Part shown: piece by piece, positions 6,975-8,112 of the stretch
Position numbering within the stretch: the first letter of the stretch is position 1
How the letters are laid out: every line of letters begins with the position of its first letter
Source: Octopus sinensis
Taxonomy: Eukaryota
Reading direction: 5' to 3'
DNA: 8,112 bases
Assembly (NCBI RefSeq): GCF_006345805.1
Contig: NW_021828521.1
Location: 1-8,112 of the forward strand
Notes under the pieces: model-generated
Databases searched by the model: none
Seen by the model: only the letters and a program-made list of their open reading frames with translations
What the model was told of the DNA's origin: nothing
Position numbers and translations under genes: made by a program

Positions 6975-7851
6975 AAGTGTGCAGCGAATAATGAACATCG
7001 TGGACGCGTATCAGCGAGCTCCCTGCGAAGAAAGATTAGATCTGAGATTACCGTCAAGGAGGAATTAAGAAACCTCAATACAAGAAATGAAAGAGAGTTG
7101 TGTTTTAATGTAAGTCATTTTAGGAAACTGAAAGATTTCGTTCATATAGAAGTATAGTTTCTCCGCGTTGAAGATAGTGAAACGAAAGAACCGAATGTAG
7201 AAAGAAATAAAATTATCTGGCTATCAAGGGAAGGATCTTCGTGGTTGATTTTGACAGATATTTGCAGAAAACAGTTATAATGAAACATGGTTGTAGATGC
7301 AGAAAGGAAGGCTAAAATAGAAACAGAAATTTGTTAGTAGCAGCATATGATCAAGCATCGAGAACTAACTGGATGAAAGCCAAAACAGACAAAATTTAGG
7401 TAGATTTCTAATATAGGTTAGGTAACTCAAAGAATGAAAATGTTATGTAGTCAATGAAAGTAGTATGCTGGCATAGAAAGAATCTAACCTGCTGTGAGTG
7501 CAAGAATTAACAACAGCACCACCAACAACAACGACAATAACAACAACAACAACAACAACAACAACAATAATTATAATAACAGAAATAATTAAAGACAGGA
7601 AAGTAAATTAATGTAGACTAATAGATGTAAATGTTACCACTGATAAAAATATAACTGTAAAGAAATTTATCAAGTTAAGTAAATATAAGTACATGGAAAT
7701 TGAAATACAAAAGATGTGGTATCTCAAAGCGGGAACTGTTCCTGTTATTGTAGATGCCCTTGGTATGATAGAAAAGTGATGTCAAAATCAGTTATGTAAC
7801 ATCCCAGGAGAACCATGTCTCCGAGAAATCCAAAAGATTGTGCTGACTAGT
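6975..7851 (+). mobile_element. R4/Dong-type (RLE-encoding) non-LTR retrotransposon remnant: thumb region, CCHC region and restriction-like endonuclease
   Basis: Plus-strand translation with stops and frameshifts: RIMN..ERL..QGG..LRNL (6985-7076); WL*MQKGRLK/ETE/LLVAAYDQASRTNWMKAKTDKI*VD..YRLG (7288-7423); VVNESSMLA*KE (7447-7482); IIKDRKVN*CRLIDVNVTTDKNITVKKFIKLSKYKYMEIEIQKMWYLKAGTVPVIVDALGMIEK*CQNQLCNIPGEPCLREIQKIVLTS (7585-7851). The motif order matches R4/Dong ORFs (ETE.L.AAQDQ.L.T, CRLC, LIDV, KLSKY, PV.VGALG). Confidence 0.9.
7509..7580. repeat. (AAC)n/(AAT) microsatellite inside the R4/Dong remnant
   Basis: Visible run between the CCHC and endonuclease segments. Confidence 0.9.
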
Positions 7852-7861
7852 TTAATAATAA

Positions 7862-8112
7862 TAGTTGATGCAGTACCAGGTAGTGGTTCTCGTGGATTCT
7901 GATCTTAACTGACTGGAAGTGTTATCATGTGCAATGTTTTGTCTTGGTATAAAAGACGGACTACAGCAAATATTCTGCTCAGTACCACAGATTTGCTTGT
8001 CAGTTACTTGACCTTAAATAGTGGAGCATTGCCCTTGGTGGGTGGCGATACGTGCATATCTGATCACGAACAGAAGTAGTGGGGGTGCATCATAGCCATA
8101 CCTGTGTTTCGA
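7862..8112 (-). mobile_element. Unclassified interspersed repeat, truncated by the window edge
   Basis: Composition changes abruptly after the AAT run that ends the R4/Dong piece. I recall the sequence as an abundant octopus repeat but have not verified this. I recognise no coding similarity. The strand is inferred only from the (TAT)n run acting as a tail. Confidence 0.35.

Noticed and set aside
6774-7157. 127-aa ORF and GTAAGT donor at 7110
   Set aside because: The ORF is microsatellite plus decayed R4/Dong sequence, and there is no convincing acceptor.

Overview
AT-rich, microsatellite-dense eukaryotic non-coding DNA (intergenic or intronic). It is most likely from an octopus or other coleoid cephalopod, inferred from my recall of the SINE families and not from a search. 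No intact protein-coding gene is supported: nearly all listed ORFs are microsatellite read-through (YI, CV, HT, I or N runs). The window is a mosaic of decayed retroelements. It holds five copies or fragments of a ~360-470 nt tRNA-derived SINE with an internal microsatellite (family A) and a tandem trimer of a second tRNA-derived SINE (family B) flanked by a 13/15 candidate target-site duplication. It also holds a Penelope-like terminal fragment with a minimal hammerhead-ribozyme-like motif, the 3' end of an RTE-type LINE with three degenerate C2H2 fingers, a probable second RTE RT remnant, and an R4/Dong-type LINE remnant (thumb, CCHC, restriction-like endonuclease) in AAT/AAC microsatellites. 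The most notable observations are the variant-core hammerhead motif (337-372), a possible second one cut by the window edge, the composite SINE, and a frame-preserving 135-nt candidate exon antisense to the RTE 3' end.
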